Shown here: positions 33,629 through 34,794 of the stretch, piece by piece | Numbering within the stretch: position 1 is the first letter of the stretch | Layout: every line of letters starts with the position of its first letter | Origin: Chiloscyllium plagiosum | Lineage: Eukaryota | Assembly (NCBI RefSeq): GCF_004010195.1 | Contig: NC_057718.1 | Span: 83,124,393 to 83,159,186, forward strand | Length of the DNA stretch: 34,794 bases | Direction: 5' to 3' | Made by a program: the position numbers and the translations under genes | The notes under the pieces: generated by a model | Told to the model about the DNA's origin: nothing | Database searches by the model: none | What the model saw: the letters and a program-made list of their open reading frames with translations, nothing else

Positions 33629-34794
33629 AAGGGAGAAAGTTTGTTTTCATAAATATATAACCATCACTGTTTTCTGATTGAATCCAGTGTTTGGACATAT
33701 ACCAATTCAAACTGGCCTCAGAATCCAAGGTAGATTGAGGCAAAAGTGAGACCGTGCCTTTTGGGGAACTGGACTGTTTGATTCTTTATCCACTTGACTG
33801 CTATGTCAAGTTACCTGAAAGTACAGGGGATATGGTCCAGAGGGACTGGGACATACACTAAAAACTGGAACAGGTGATAATAATCAAACAAAAACTGGAT
33901 AGTTGGGAGCTGTGCTTCCTTTCCATTGCAGGTAGGAACCTAGTCATCAGGTGCGTGGTGTTCTTGGTGTTGCAGTACATGGCATATGTCTGGCTTAGCC
34001 AGCAATCTTTTGCCATGGTGATTGCCTGAGCCATCTCTGAGGATAGGGAGGTGGGAGGTGGCCACCTTGTCATTGCAAACGTATTGTACAAAAATGCTTT
34101 GGTCTGGTTTCCATGATTTGGAGGAGCCGATGTTGGACTGGGGTGGAAAAAGTCAAAAATCACAACACCAGGTTGCAGATGTGGAAGAATAGCATTGAAG
34201 GAGATTTGGCAAGTTACTGAAGTACATCTTGAAGATGGAAAACCATGTTATTCCAGTACTGGAAGGTTTTGTTTTTATTTCAAAAATATACTTTATTCAT
34301 AAAAAATATCATTGTACATGCACATAGTCAGAAAATGCAGTTCAGTTCTGTACAGTATCAAGGAAATAAACAAATATTGGAGTTTGACTCAATCCAAAAA
34401 ACCAAAAGACATCTGTTACACATACAATATTATATTTACATACATTTGAGGCAACATGAGGGTCAAATAACTGAACAGACCCCCACTTGTCTTCAGCAGA
34501 AAGGCCTCAAGCGATAGTCTTCCTCCCCCCCTTCCTTGGCAGCAGCTACCCCAGGCTTTAGTGCATCTCTCAGCATATAGTCCTAGACCTTGGAATGTGG
34601 CAGTCTGCCACACTGCTTAAGGTAGTGAATGGGGTGTCAATCGTGGTTCTAGATGGTATTGAGTTTCTTTTTGGAACGGAACTCATCCAGGTAAGCATTC
34701 CATTATATGTGCTCTTGGTTCATGGTGGACTTGTTTTGGTGGGGTCATCAAAATTCTTTGCCTGTAACCTGCTTTTGTTGCCACGGTATTTATA
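33629..34794 (+). repeat. Copy 2 of the direct duplication, running off the window end
   Basis: Matches 8479-9645, with the same mosaic of Tx1, PLE and LINE fragments. Confidence 0.97.

Noticed and set aside
61..34613. The many 60-150 aa ORFs as host genes
   Set aside because: Those I could interpret are sense or antisense readings of LINE, SINE or PLE remnants (e.g. the recurring MGNLAWP...CGRKPEHPEETHADTGR is antisense HE1). None forms a recognisable cellular protein.
8479..34794. The direct repeats as LTRs of a giant 26-kb retroelement
   Set aside because: No TG...CA ends, primer-binding site, or gag/pol between them; the repeat is itself a patchwork of old LINE fragments.

Overview
Eukaryotic, repeat-saturated DNA, almost certainly from a shark or other elasmobranch (HE1-type V-SINEs, HER1-type CR1 LINEs, a DeuSINE). 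I could not recognise any intact protein-coding gene, and the ORF track is mostly explained by decayed transposable elements. These include CR1/HER1, Tx1-type L1, RTE and Rex1-like LINEs, three fossil PIF/Harbinger DNA transposons, two probable solo LTRs, several SINEs, and Penelope-like elements (PLEs), one of them a long RT + GIY-YIG copy. Four things stand out. (1) PLE termini carry minimal hammerhead-ribozyme cores, and ~200-bp TSD-flanked fold-back mini-elements repeatedly invert at the ribozyme core. (2) A ~99.5%-identical direct repeat has copies at 8479-9645 and 33629-window end (25.15 kb period); the left copy abuts a truncated SINE. (3) Octamer/decamer and ETS motifs cluster in an apparently repeat-free island (3741-4337). 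(4) There are two local inverted templated insertions, one forming a pre-miRNA-sized hairpin. Family names were assigned by eye from remembered consensus motifs, and boundaries of old repeats are approximate.
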